Below, one piece after another: positions 32,525-43,032 of a DNA stretch of 64,000 nt. The notes beneath the pieces were generated by a model. It did no database searches and was not told the DNA's origin. It saw only the letters and a program-made list of their open reading frames with translations. Origin of the DNA: Calditrichia bacterium. GTDB taxonomy: Bacteria > Calditrichota > Calditrichia > JAJRVZ01. Both the position numbers and the translations under genes were made by a program. Numbering within the stretch: the stretch's first letter is position 1; every line of letters begins with the position of its first letter. The DNA lies in assembly GCA_963777955.1 (NCBI GenBank), contig CAVZSQ010000021.1:122621-186620 (forward strand), read 5' to 3'.

Positions 32525-34359
32525 TCTGCTTTTAGTTCTTCTGCTTTTTGCCGGTCCGGCAATTGCCGGTCCGGCAATTGCCGGTTCGGCAATTCCGCTG
32601 GCAGCCCAGCCAGCCAACCCGCAGCTGACGGTTGGCCCGCGTACTGGAAGATAACCAGCAATATGAACAGGCTCTGGAACTTTACCGGAATCTGCAGCAG
32701 AAAAATCCGGACAATCTTGAAATTATCAGCGGCATAAAACGGTGTTCCCTGGCCCTGCAAAAATATGCAGAACTTATCTCTTTTTATGAAAACATAATTA
32801 AAACCAATCCGGCTAATTCCGTCTGGAAGATTGACCTGGCCGAAGTTTACTATCTGAACAATCAACGGCAGCAAGCGCTGGAGTTGTGGTGGACAGAAAT
32901 AAAAAAAGATCCTAAAAATATAGCTCCCTACCGTTTAAGTGCAATGGCCATGATTAACCAGAGACTTTACGATGAGGCTATTGCAGTATATGGCGAAGCC
33001 CTGCGGCAGATTGAAGGGCAAGCCAACCTGTATCTCGATATCGGCAATCTGTATAAACAACAATTGCAGTACGGTCAGGCGGCGGAACAGTATCTGAATT
33101 ATTATAACTCTAATCCCCAGCAGAAACAATTCCTGCAGCGGCAGATTTTGAATCTGGGCGATGAACCGACTCAGGTCCCGGCTGTCATCCAAACCCTGGA
33201 AAAATACCTGGCCCTTTATCCGCAGCAGAATGACGTCCGGGAAATCCTGGCCGGCCTGTTCCTGAAAGAAAAAGATTATGAACATGCTTTTACCATTTAC
33301 AAAACCCTGGACCAGAAAGCGACCCGGGGAAAGTACCTCCTGACTTTTGCGGCCGAGGCCTATAATAATCACGCCTATGATTATGCTATTGCAGCTTATC
33401 AGGTTCTGCAATCCCTTTATCCTGATTCCCCCTATAAGGTACAAAGCGATTTTGAACTGGGCCGCTGCCATTTTGCACTGGCTAATACCAGCCAGGAGAA
33501 TTCTAATATGGAAAAATCCGTGGCCGAGATGGCCCGGGCCGTATCTATTTTCGACAGTCTGGTTGCCCGTTCGCAGAAATCGAATTATTATGCACTCAGC
33601 CTGATTTACCTGGGGGATATTTTCTATAATTTTTATTTTGACCTGGATAAGGCCATGATATATTACCAGACTTATATCCGGACTCAACCAGGAAATAATA
33701 ACCGGGAACTGACGATTCTTAAATTAGGCGATATTTTCCTGTGTAAAAACCAGTTTGACCGGGCCCGCGAGACCTATCAACAAATATCAATGAATGAGTT
33801 TAAACCGCTGGCCAATTTTAAACTGGCTGAACTCGTTTATTTTCAGGGTAAAATTAAAGAAGCACAGACCCGCCTGAACGGATTAATACCTGCTCTGCCT
33901 ACCAGCCATGCTCTGTTGAATGATATACTATCCCGGCAAATGTTACTGCAGTCTTATGCCCAGGATTCCGTGGCCCTGGCCAACTTCGCCCGCTGCGAAT
34001 TATTGATCTTCCAGCATAAACTCTCTGAAGCCGCCGGACAATTGTCTGAATTAGCCCGGGAAAATAAACCGATCAGTGCTCTGGCCGGAAAAAGATCCGC
34101 CCGGTTATTACTCAGGCTGGATAAAATTCCTGCAGCCCGGGAATTGCTGATTCAATTACTGGCTTCCTTCAGCGATGATCCCGCCAAAGATGAGACTATC
34201 CTGTTGCTGGCCCTGGCCGAAGAACAACTCCATAATTATCAACAGGCTATTCAACTGTATCAGCAGCTATTGATAAGTTACCCGAACAGTTTATATGCAC
34301 AGCAGGCCCGTGAAAATACGCGCAGACTGCAAACTCAATTAAAAAAGGACCAGAGTTGA
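32496..34359 (+). CDS. Exported tetratricopeptide-repeat protein (frameshift near 32630)
   Basis: TPR-like helical repeats; an upstream frame from ATG 32496 gives a signal peptide MKYYCNLPVNLLLVLLLFAG. Confidence 0.8.
32550..32594. repeat. 15-bp tandem repeat x3 (GCCGGTCCGGCAATT) encoding AGPAI/AGSAI
   Basis: Read directly; junctions form the palindrome CCGGCAATTGCCGG. Confidence 0.9.
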
Positions 34360-35618
34360 AATTACTGTCTAACCTCTTACTGCTGCTGGCCACGGCAAGC
34401 AGTGTACAGGCCCAGTATATTCTGATCCCCATGGATCAGACCCAGACGGATCATCTGAAAGCTTACGGTGTCGCTTACTGGATTCTGGCTCAGAATTCGA
34501 ATGTGGAATGGTTGTTGAATTACCGCGGCGGCTCTTTCCTGTTCCGGCAGGCTGGGATCATCTTTTGAAACTGAATGCCGGATCAGAGGGGTATTATATA
34601 ATAAACTGAATGCCACCGAAGTCAATGCAATTTATGCGGAAATCGAAGAAGCCAACATGGAAAAAGTCCTGCTGGAAAAAGCGCCGACTATTGCTGTTTA
34701 CAGTCCGCCCGCTGCCCAGCCGTGGGATGATGCCGTTACCCTGGTTCTTGATTACGCTGAAATAGATTTTAACAGGATATATGACCGGGAAGTACTGGCC
34801 GGAATTCTGGAAAAATATGATTGGTTGCATTTGCATCATGAAGACTTTACCGGGCAGTATGGCAAATTCTGGTTCAGCTTCAGAAATGCCCCCTGGTACA
34901 TCAATCAGCAGCTGCAGGATGAAAAGTTAGCGGCCGAGTGGGTTTTAAAAAAGTCAGCCGGGAAAAAGGCGCAGTCGCCCGGGAAATAAAAAAGTACGTC
35001 GAAGGGGGCGGATTTCTGTTCGCCATGTGCTCGGCTACCGATGCCCTGGACATTGCCCTGTCGGCGGAGGGGGTTGATATCTGCGACGTACCTTTCGACT
35101 ATGATCCTCCCGAATCCAATTACCAGAATAAAATTGATTACCTGAAAACACTGGCCTTTACAAATTTTAAACTCTACAACGATCCGAACATTTATGAATT
35201 CAGCGACATCGATACCCCGCCCAGTCATATGCCCCGGGTACGCGATGCTGAAACCGATTATTTCACCTTATTTGAATTTTCTGCCAAATATGATCCCGTA
35301 CCAACCATGCTGACCCAGGATCATGTCAATGTGCTCAAAGGTTTCATGGGACAAACCACCATGTTCCGGGAAGAAAAAATAAAACCGGCAGTGACAATAC
35401 TGGCTAAAATTGAAAATAGTAACGAAATAAAATACATACATGGCAACTGCGGTAAAGGGACGTTTACTTTTTATGGCGGTCACGATCCCGAAGATTATAC
35501 CCACCAGGTAGGGGATCCGCCGACTGAATTAAATTTGCACAAGAATTCACCCGGCTATCGTCTGATATTAAATAACATCCTTTTCCCGGCAGCCAAGAAG
35601 AAAAAATTAAAAACATAG
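34356..35618 (+). CDS. Conserved FCB exported protein, often mis-annotated 'asparagine synthetase B' (two frameshifts)
   Basis: LIPMD..QTDHLKAYG, WLLNYRGGSF, DWLHLHHEDFTGQYGKF, GGHDPEDY, SPGYRLILNN. Confidence 0.8.
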
Positions 35619-35626
35619 GATGCAAA

Positions 35627-36022
35627 ATGGAAAAAATTACCCTGGCTACCAGGGCGCAGACAACATTTATTGATATTACCGGGCAGATAAGCGCATTCAT
35701 TACTAAGCATAATTTTCACAATGGCTTATGTTATATTTTTATCCCGCATACTACTGCGGCAATTACTATAAACGAGCACGCTGACCCTGATGTCAAGGAA
35801 GATATCCTGAGAGAACTGAACAAGGTAATTCCTTTCGATGATAATTACCGGCACATGGAAGGAAATGCGGCAGCGCATATTAAAGCCAGTTTGATCGGAT
35901 CGGCATTGACCGTTGCCGTGGAAAATGACCAGCTGCAACTGGGCACCTGGCAGGGAATATTTTTCTGTGAATTTGACGGCCCCAGAACCCGCCAGATCTG
36001 GATCAGTTTGCTGCCGGTGTAA
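35627..36022 (+). CDS. yjbQ: YjbQ/UPF0047 family protein
   Basis: HTTAAITINE, AHIKASL, LGTWQGIFFCEFDGPR. Confidence 0.92.
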   Translation: MEKITLATRAQTTFIDITGQISAFITKHNFHNGLCYIFIPHTTAAITINEHADPDVKEDILRELNKVIPFDDNYRHMEGNAAAHIKASLIGSALTVAVENDQLQLGTWQGIFFCEFDGPRTRQIWISLLPV

Positions 36023-36091
36023 TTAAAAGTTGTAAATAGGAATAATTGAATTTAAATTTGACCGATGTTTTATTAAGAGAAGGGGAGTGAC

Positions 36092-37393
36092 ATGTTTGAG
36101 AATTTAGTGGACGCCCTGATAAAGAAAGTCAAGACCGAAGTGGTAACGGATCCGAACATGAAAGAAATACCACTGGCTTATCTGCAGCGCCGTAATATTC
36201 CTGAATCCATCAAGCATTTTTTAAGTCAGGAAGTGGAACTGTGGATCCGTGAAGAAGAACAGAAATTCAGTTCCAGCGACCAGTTCGATTATGATGCCCC
36301 CCAGGTTCGAATGCTGATCGATCAGATCTTTGATTTTCTCAAGCAGAATTCACGCTTTCACCTTAACAAATTTAATCAGTTAGTCGAACGTGCCGTCAAA
36401 TTGGAAATGAACTACCTGATCGAACCTCATCGCACACTCAGTCAATTCATTTTCAAGAATAGCCAGGTTGTTTCGACCATGGATGTCTATAATACCCTGA
36501 AATATTTCTTTCGCCTGGAATATTACAAGAATGCTATTTCCGAATATTTTAATACCAAATACCTGCGCGAAATATCCCAGGAACAGTTTCAAAAATTAGT
36601 TGCCCGGATCGATGAGAACGTCTTTAAGACCAATTTATACGAGACCACACTCAAAACCATTAAGACCATCGCTGCTTTTGTCTCGGAAGCCGTCGGTACT
36701 CCCCTGGAAAAAATTGACGTGGATTTATTGCTGCATGTATTCCGCGACCGCAACCTGGAAGTTTATACGGATTTGATGGAAAAACTAATAGCCAAAAATA
36801 TTAAAGAAATAGGTATACCGGAACTGGAGATAATTTTACGTGATCAAAATCTAGCCAGTCTTGAACCCAAGCAGGTGAAAGAAGTTCCTCCGGAACCACA
36901 ACTTAAAATGGAAAAACTGCAATCCATTGAAGAAAGCAAGCCTCAGGTAGAGGTTGCCTCCATTGAAGTCGGTGAAATGGTAACCAAACCCGTAGTTGAA
37001 GAAGAAGAGGAAGAAGAGGAAGAAGAGGAAGAAGAGGCGGCACCGGTTTCCACTGTAAAGAAGTCCAGTGTGGCCGAGGAAATGGCCGATTTTGTGGCTA
37101 AAAAAATCAGTTCGGGCCAGCCTTTGCAGGATCTGAATTTAATTTTTACCGGACGGGACCGTAAGAAATACATCAAAAAATTATTCAAGAAGAAAGAGAA
37201 GGAATTTGTCGCCTTTATTAATAACGTCAATGGTCAGCCCAGCTGGAAAGACGCTTCGGTAATCATCGACGAAGAATTTTACCAGCGCGGTATAAATCCT
37301 TACTCCAAAGAGGCGATTAATTTTTCCGATACAATTTATTTACGCTTCTTTCCCAAAGATAAATATGTGGGTGAGCACTATAAGCCAAGCTGA
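36092..37393 (+). CDS. Hypothetical helical protein with acidic linker
   Basis: 433-aa ORF, GGGGAG SD, E13 tract. Confidence 0.8.
   Translation: MFENLVDALIKKVKTEVVTDPNMKEIPLAYLQRRNIPESIKHFLSQEVELWIREEEQKFSSSDQFDYDAPQVRMLIDQIFDFLKQNSRFHLNKFNQLVERAVKLEMNYLIEPHRTLSQFIFKNSQVVSTMDVYNTLKYFFRLEYYKNAISEYFNTKYLREISQEQFQKLVARIDENVFKTNLYETTLKTIKTIAAFVSEAVGTPLEKIDVDLLLHVFRDRNLEVYTDLMEKLIAKNIKEIGIPELEIILRDQNLASLEPKQVKEVPPEPQLKMEKLQSIEESKPQVEVASIEVGEMVTKPVVEEEEEEEEEEEEEAAPVSTVKKSSVAEEMADFVAKKISSGQPLQDLNLIFTGRDRKKYIKKLFKKKEKEFVAFINNVNGQPSWKDASVIIDEEFYQRGINPYSKEAINFSDTIYLRFFPKDKYVGEHYKPS
36998..37036. repeat. GAA/GAG simple repeat (poly-Glu x13)
   Basis: Read directly. Confidence 0.9.
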
Positions 37394-37410
37394 GATCCGG
37401 CGGCGGCCCG

Positions 37411-38205
37411 GTGTTAGATTATCATGTACATACCAAATTGTGCCGCCATGCCCACGGTGAAATTCCGCAATACTTAGACCAGGCCGTCCAGGCCGGTTTA
37501 ACAGAGATATGTTTTACCGACCATATACCCCTGCCCGCTGATTTCGATCAAGACCATCGCATGACTCTGCAGCAGCTGGATCAATATCTGGCAGAAATTG
37601 AACGGGCGCGGGCGGCCTACCCTGAATTAACTATTCTGACCGGCATTGAAGCCGACTACTACCGGGGATTTGAAAAATATCTCGATAAGTTTCTACATCG
37701 GTTTGACTTCGATCTGGTGATTATGTCGGTTCATTTCCTGAAACACTGGGCCGCTGGCAACTGGGTTTTTAACTATCATTTTCCGGAAAAATCGATCGCA
37801 GCTGTTTACAGTGAATATCTCGCTGAAATAATCAAGGGGATTAAAACCGGCCTGTTCGACATTATCGGCCATATCGATATTATCAAGAAGCATGGGCATT
37901 CACTGTTGCAGCTCGTTCCCGAGCAGGTGGCCGGGACACTCCGCACAATCAGAAAATATAAAATGGCTGTGGAAATTAATTCTTCCGGTTTGAGTAAGGA
38001 CGCGCAGGAATGTTATCCCGGGTATGACTGGTTACCCGAAATAAAACGTCTGGATCTGCCGATTACCACAGGTTCTGATGCGCATGCACCTGAACAGGTA
38101 GGGCGGGAATTCCAGGAGATTTACACTCAAATCAAGAAACACAACCTGAACAAAATTGCCGTCTACCGCAGGCGGAAAATAGTTTCCTACCATAATCCGC
38201 AGTAG
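37411..38205 (+). CDS. hisJ: PHP-family histidinol-phosphatase HisJ
   Basis: DYHVHT, FTDH, GIEADY, SVH, GHID, GSDAH. Confidence 0.85.
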   Translation: MLDYHVHTKLCRHAHGEIPQYLDQAVQAGLTEICFTDHIPLPADFDQDHRMTLQQLDQYLAEIERARAAYPELTILTGIEADYYRGFEKYLDKFLHRFDFDLVIMSVHFLKHWAAGNWVFNYHFPEKSIAAVYSEYLAEIIKGIKTGLFDIIGHIDIIKKHGHSLLQLVPEQVAGTLRTIRKYKMAVEINSSGLSKDAQECYPGYDWLPEIKRLDLPITTGSDAHAPEQVGREFQEIYTQIKKHNLNKIAVYRRRKIVSYHNPQ

Positions 38206-38216
38206 CCCGGGATTTT

Positions 38217-39080
38217 TTATTCTTCTTTTTTTAACGGGGTATGAAAGGCCACGGTCAATTCGCCGCCATCCACATTGATTACATTCCCGGTTGCCCAATT
38301 TTCATCGGACAGTACCTGGGCCGAGATAAATTTTGCCACATCGGACGGCTCAGTTAACCGCTTGAACGGGATCTGGCTGAGCGCCAGGTCGATCATGGTT
38401 TCATGGCCTGGTATTTTACGCAGGGCCGGCGTAAAAGTCACTCCGGCACGGATGGCGTTCACCGTAATACCATGAGGCGCAAGTTCCAGGGCCAATTGAC
38501 GAACGTGCGATTCCAGGGCTGCCTTGGCCGCGGAGACCGCTCCGTAAAAAGGCGTTACCCGCAGCGAGCCGGAACTGGTCATTGCATATATTTTAGCGCC
38601 ACGGGCTAACATATCGGCGTCCATTAAATCCTGTATCCAGTAAACTAAACTGTTGGCCATTACATTGATGGTCATCTCCATCTGTTTGGCCGAAAGCCTT
38701 TGCGCGGGTTCGCGGTGAATGAACGGCGCCAATGAACCAAAAGCCAGTGAATGCATTACAACCTTTATCTGGCCGCCTACTCCTTTAATCTTGAAATGAT
38801 CTTGTAATCGTTGCAGCACCAGTTCCCGGTTTTTTTCAGCCGCGGCGTTGAGGTTGAAGAATAAAGCCACCACCCCCGCTGTTTCAATCTGGCGTATCAG
38901 TTGTTCCACTTTGGTCATAGAACTGCCGCGGTCCAGATGTACACCGATAATGTTAAAACCAAGCCGGGCCAATTCCAGCACGGTAGCTTCGCCAAAACCG
39001 CTGGAAGCACCAAGAACCAGGGCATAGTCTTTCTTTGGATCAGGTTTTATATAACCCACATTAATATCTCCTGTATACAC
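38217..39080 (-). CDS. SDR oxidoreductase, FabL/FabI-like enoyl-ACP reductase
   Basis: LGASSGFG, YGAVSAAK, VNAIRAGV.TPAL, NVDGG. Confidence 0.8.
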   Translation of the reverse strand: MYTGDINVGYIKPDPKKDYALVLGASSGFGEATVLELARLGFNIIGVHLDRGSSMTKVEQLIRQIETAGVVALFFNLNAAAEKNRELVLQRLQDHFKIKGVGGQIKVVMHSLAFGSLAPFIHREPAQRLSAKQMEMTINVMANSLVYWIQDLMDADMLARGAKIYAMTSSGSLRVTPFYGAVSAAKAALESHVRQLALELAPHGITVNAIRAGVTFTPALRKIPGHETMIDLALSQIPFKRLTEPSDVAKFISAQVLSDENWATGNVINVDGGELTVAFHTPLKKEE

Positions 39081-39180
39081 ATCTACACTAATTGCTTTAA
39101 CTTCTTGATCGGCTGAAATATTTCAGCTGTGAAATACCCGCAGCGGCAGGTTAAAAACAGTTCCCGAAATAGCATTCAGT

Positions 39181-40902
39181 TCAATTCAATATCTCATCGG
39201 CGTGCAGTAAATCGCTGTATTGCTCTGTCTTGATCGATTCGGCATTTCGCCGCGCCCCGGCTAAGCAACTGGTAATGTAGCGATTGGCGATAAAGATCTT
39301 GCGGTTATTGATTTCCGCTTCATCCAGGACCAGGTAACCGGTATAGAGGTAAGAATATAAATCGACCAGATCCTTGGCAGCCACTTCATGAAATGTATGA
39401 TCGTTCTTATCGGTAACATAATTCAGGCAATCAAGAAATATTTCCCGGATCTCTCTCAGATACCCGGCCAGTTTGGTTAAAGAACCTTTATACGTTTTTT
39501 TACCATACTGATCCAGATAATCGGCCAGGATATCGCCCAGTACTCCTCCGCTGGCGGCAACCACCTGCATTTGTGAAGTACCTTCGTATATATTGGTGAT
39601 CCGGGCATCACGCGCCAGACGTTCAATAGTGAAATCTTTCATATAGCCCGCCCCGCCATGAATCTGCAAAGCATCATAAGATATTTTATTAGCTGATTCG
39701 CTCAGGATATACTTGGTTAGCGGTGTCAGCAGATCACAAACCCTGCTGGCTTGTTTAAACCGTTCATTTTGTTCCGACCACGATTTGCCTGCGGCCTTAA
39801 GTTGTTCAACCTGCGTTTCTAATTTATTGCGCAGATCGACCCATTTGGCAGTAGAATAAAATAATGAACGGTTAGTCTCCAGGGTGACCCGCATGTCGAT
39901 CAGCATGTTGGTTACTGCCGGAATATTTATGATGGGCTGACCGAACTGGGCCCGTTCGCGTGCATATTTAACAGCCTCCGTATAGGCGGCCTGGGATATC
40001 CCCAATGCCTGGCCGGAGACCCCCAGCCGGGCGCTATTCATCAAATCCATAACATATTTGATCAAACCGAATCTGCGTTTGCCGATCAAGGTGGCCGGGG
40101 TATCGTTGAATTGCAGTTCACAGGTAGGGGAACCGTGAATTCCCAACTTATTCTCCAGGCGCCTGACCACTACCGTAGCATCGCCATGACAGGCAAACAG
40201 ACTCAGACCGCGTCCGTCTTTCGAACCGGCTTCCGAGCGAGCCAGCACCAGCAGAACTTCTCCGCCGCCATTGGTAATAAACCTTTTCACTCCGCGCAGA
40301 AACCAGTGGCCCTGCTCATTCTGGTAGGCATGCAACTTTACAGCCTGCAGATCGGAACCGGCATCCGGTTCGGTCAGAGCCATGGCACCGGTGTATTCAC
40401 CGGCAACAAATTTAGGCAGGTATTCCTGCTTTTGGTCATCGTTACCAAATTTACTGATGGTCATACCGATATCCTGCAAGCCAAAAATATTCATCAACGA
40501 GGCATCGGCCCGCGAGACCATTTCCACCATCTGCATATATATTGTCTTGGGAAAATTTAATCCGCCAAATTCGCGGGGGAATTCCACACCCATCAATTCG
40601 GCATCCGAAAGATATTTCAGATTTTCCAGCAATCCTTTGGCATACACCACCTTGCCGGCGCTGACGGAATTACCGTCCTGATCAACCTGAGCAGCACGCG
40701 GGGCGATGAAATTAGCGGCGATGTCACCCACGATCTCCAGGATCTTGCGGTAATTTTCCAGGGCATCGCTGTAATTCTTGGGAGCGTAATTATATTTATC
40801 CGCTTCCTGATAATCCTGTTCGGCAATGGCCACTATCTCTTCGATACGCAGATTTTCAAACTGAAAGACCAGATCCGGATTATCGTTAAAAAAATTCGCC
40901 AT
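39181..40902 (-). CDS. Acyl-CoA dehydrogenase family protein
   Basis: MALTEPDAGSDL, KLGIHGSPT, QIHGGAGY, IYEGTSQ. Confidence 0.93.
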   Translation of the reverse strand: MANFFNDNPDLVFQFENLRIEEIVAIAEQDYQEADKYNYAPKNYSDALENYRKILEIVGDIAANFIAPRAAQVDQDGNSVSAGKVVYAKGLLENLKYLSDAELMGVEFPREFGGLNFPKTIYMQMVEMVSRADASLMNIFGLQDIGMTISKFGNDDQKQEYLPKFVAGEYTGAMALTEPDAGSDLQAVKLHAYQNEQGHWFLRGVKRFITNGGGEVLLVLARSEAGSKDGRGLSLFACHGDATVVVRRLENKLGIHGSPTCELQFNDTPATLIGKRRFGLIKYVMDLMNSARLGVSGQALGISQAAYTEAVKYARERAQFGQPIINIPAVTNMLIDMRVTLETNRSLFYSTAKWVDLRNKLETQVEQLKAAGKSWSEQNERFKQASRVCDLLTPLTKYILSESANKISYDALQIHGGAGYMKDFTIERLARDARITNIYEGTSQMQVVAASGGVLGDILADYLDQYGKKTYKGSLTKLAGYLREIREIFLDCLNYVTDKNDHTFHEVAAKDLVDLYSYLYTGYLVLDEAEINNRKIFIANRYITSCLAGARRNAESIKTEQYSDLLHADEILN

Positions 40903-40911
40903 AATTTTCCT

Positions 40912-41937
40912 CTATTTTAGTTTGTGCCTGTATGCTTCAATAAATTTGGGAATTACATCGCCGGCATCCCCCACAATCCCATAATGACAGATATCGAAAA
41001 TCGGAGCATCGGGATCGTTATTAATAGCAACGATCTTATTAGACTCCTGCATCCCGGCCCGGTGTTGAATAGCACCGGAAATACCGCAGGCGATATAAAG
41101 TTTGGGCCGGACAGTTACCCCGGTCTGACCCACCTGCCGTTCATGAGGGATAAAACCAGCATCCACCGCCGCCCGGCTGCCGGCCACTTCACCGCCCAGG
41201 ATATGGGCAAGTTCGTGTATCCATTTGAAATTCGCTTTTGAGCCCATACCGTAACCGCCGGCCACAATAATCGGGGCGGATTTCAGGTTTACCTTATTTT
41301 CTTCCTGAAATCGCTCCACAACTTTTAACAACTGATCCGCCCCGGCGGCCTGGTAAGGAACTTCTGTAATTTTTCCCTGCGGGTATTCCGGCAGCGGAAT
41401 ATTCTCCATAACCCCTTCGCGTACCGTGGCCATCTGAATAGGTGCATCCGGAGTGATAATTGTGGCAATAATATTGCCTCCAAAGGCGGGTCTGATCTGC
41501 AGCAGCAGATTCTGGTAATCTTTACGCAGGTATTGAATACTCTCTACTTTTAAATCGGTACAGTCGGCGGTTAAACCGCTGCGGGTGTAAGATGCTACGC
41601 GCGGCGCCAGGTCCCTGCCTATAACGGTAGCCCCGAAAAGCACCACCCGTGGTTTATGAGTACTGACCAGTTCATTCATGATGTGACTGTAAGGCATCGT
41701 GCGATAATCTTTCAACTCGGAGTGATCAATCATATATACTTCATCAACACCGTACTGAAAAGTGGCCAGGGCAATTTCCCGCAACTGATAACCGATAAGA
41801 ACCGCTTTGAGTTTACCGGTCAGATTTTTTGCCAGTTTATGCCCCTTGGACAGCAATTCAAAACTCACTTCGGCGGCTTTGCCCGAACGCTGCTCGATAA
41901 AGACCCATACTTCGTTTGATTTCTTGGTCATAATCAT
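40912..41937 (-). CDS. etfA: Electron transfer flavoprotein alpha subunit
   Basis: GLTADC, RPAFGGN, QVGQTG, GISGAIQH. Confidence 0.95.
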   Translation of the reverse strand: MIMTKKSNEVWVFIEQRSGKAAEVSFELLSKGHKLAKNLTGKLKAVLIGYQLREIALATFQYGVDEVYMIDHSELKDYRTMPYSHIMNELVSTHKPRVVLFGATVIGRDLAPRVASYTRSGLTADCTDLKVESIQYLRKDYQNLLLQIRPAFGGNIIATIITPDAPIQMATVREGVMENIPLPEYPQGKITEVPYQAAGADQLLKVVERFQEENKVNLKSAPIIVAGGYGMGSKANFKWIHELAHILGGEVAGSRAAVDAGFIPHERQVGQTGVTVRPKLYIACGISGAIQHRAGMQESNKIVAINNDPDAPIFDICHYGIVGDAGDVIPKFIEAYRHKLK

Positions 41938-41940
41938 CCT

Positions 41941-42831
41941 TTAACCGAAAATCCGGTCTTCCATTAATTTATCAATCAGTTTATTCAATCCCGCTTTGTT
42001 TGGTTCTATATTCATATGTTCCCCTCCGGCCAGAACCACCGAATCGATTTTATAGACTTTGGTCGGGGAACCGGCTAATCCGCATCTTTCAGGATCGACG
42101 GGTAATTCATCCATGGTCAGCGTCGGTAAATACAGGCCACGGTTGCCATATTCATCTTTTAGATCATCAAGGTACAGCAATGAATTCCCTTCGACCATTT
42201 TTTCCAACTCGGATAATGTCCGGGCGCTTTTATAGGCCATTACCCGGCGGGCTTTAAATGGCCTGGGCACAGCGGCGTCTTTAATAATGGTCAGTAGTAA
42301 AGGTAAGGCCGCTTCCAGTATTTCGTAACCGCCATCGATTTTATGCTTGACTTTGATGCGCTGCTCGCTGATCTCAAAAATTTTTTCCACATAAGTGACC
42401 TGTGGAATATTCAGTTTTTCTGCGGTTTGCGGACCTACCTGAGCCGTATCGCCGTCGATAGCCTGCCGGCCGGTAAAGATCAGATCATAGGCGCCCATTT
42501 TTTTAATCGCCTCGCTTAAAACATATGATGTAGCCAGCGTATCAGCCCCGGCAAACTTACGGTCGCTGATCAAATATACTTCGTCGGCTCCCATGTACAG
42601 ACATTCGCGCAGTATATCCGAAGCCTTGGGCGGACCCATGGTGATGGCCGTTACCTTCCCACCGTATAAATCTTTGATCTGCAAGGCAATTTCCAGGGCA
42701 ACCTTATCCTCCGGATTGAAGATCGCCGGCAGCATGGCCCGGTTGACCGTGCCATCCGGCTTCATCACCTGTCCGGAAATATTGGCAGTATCCGGAACCT
42801 GCTTTACCAGCACAATAGAATGTAAATTCAT
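41941..42831 (-). CDS. etfB: Electron transfer flavoprotein beta subunit
   Basis: KQVPDT, TMGPP, GADTLAT, GRQAIDGDTAQVG. Confidence 0.95.
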   Translation of the reverse strand: MNLHSIVLVKQVPDTANISGQVMKPDGTVNRAMLPAIFNPEDKVALEIALQIKDLYGGKVTAITMGPPKASDILRECLYMGADEVYLISDRKFAGADTLATSYVLSEAIKKMGAYDLIFTGRQAIDGDTAQVGPQTAEKLNIPQVTYVEKIFEISEQRIKVKHKIDGGYEILEAALPLLLTIIKDAAVPRPFKARRVMAYKSARTLSELEKMVEGNSLLYLDDLKDEYGNRGLYLPTLTMDELPVDPERCGLAGSPTKVYKIDSVVLAGGEHMNIEPNKAGLNKLIDKLMEDRIFG

Positions 42832-43032
42832 ATTACCTTTTCCCCCTGCGTTAAAAATGCAATGAAAAGATCAATTTAATCTAAAAAAAAGTGTCAACTA
42901 AAACAAGAATTTGCTGCTGGAAGATTTAGACTAAACAGCAGAGCCTTCGGCCGCTATTTCAGTAATAATCACCGGGTGACCAGATATGCTAAATATAATA
43001 ATGAAGTACGCAGATCAAAACAAAAATTATTT

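Noticed and set aside
32935..33687. Long antisense/overlapping ORFs (250 aa here; also 7057-7614, 24983-25483, 56360-56911)
   Set aside because: Shadow frames of well-supported genes with no recognisable motifs.
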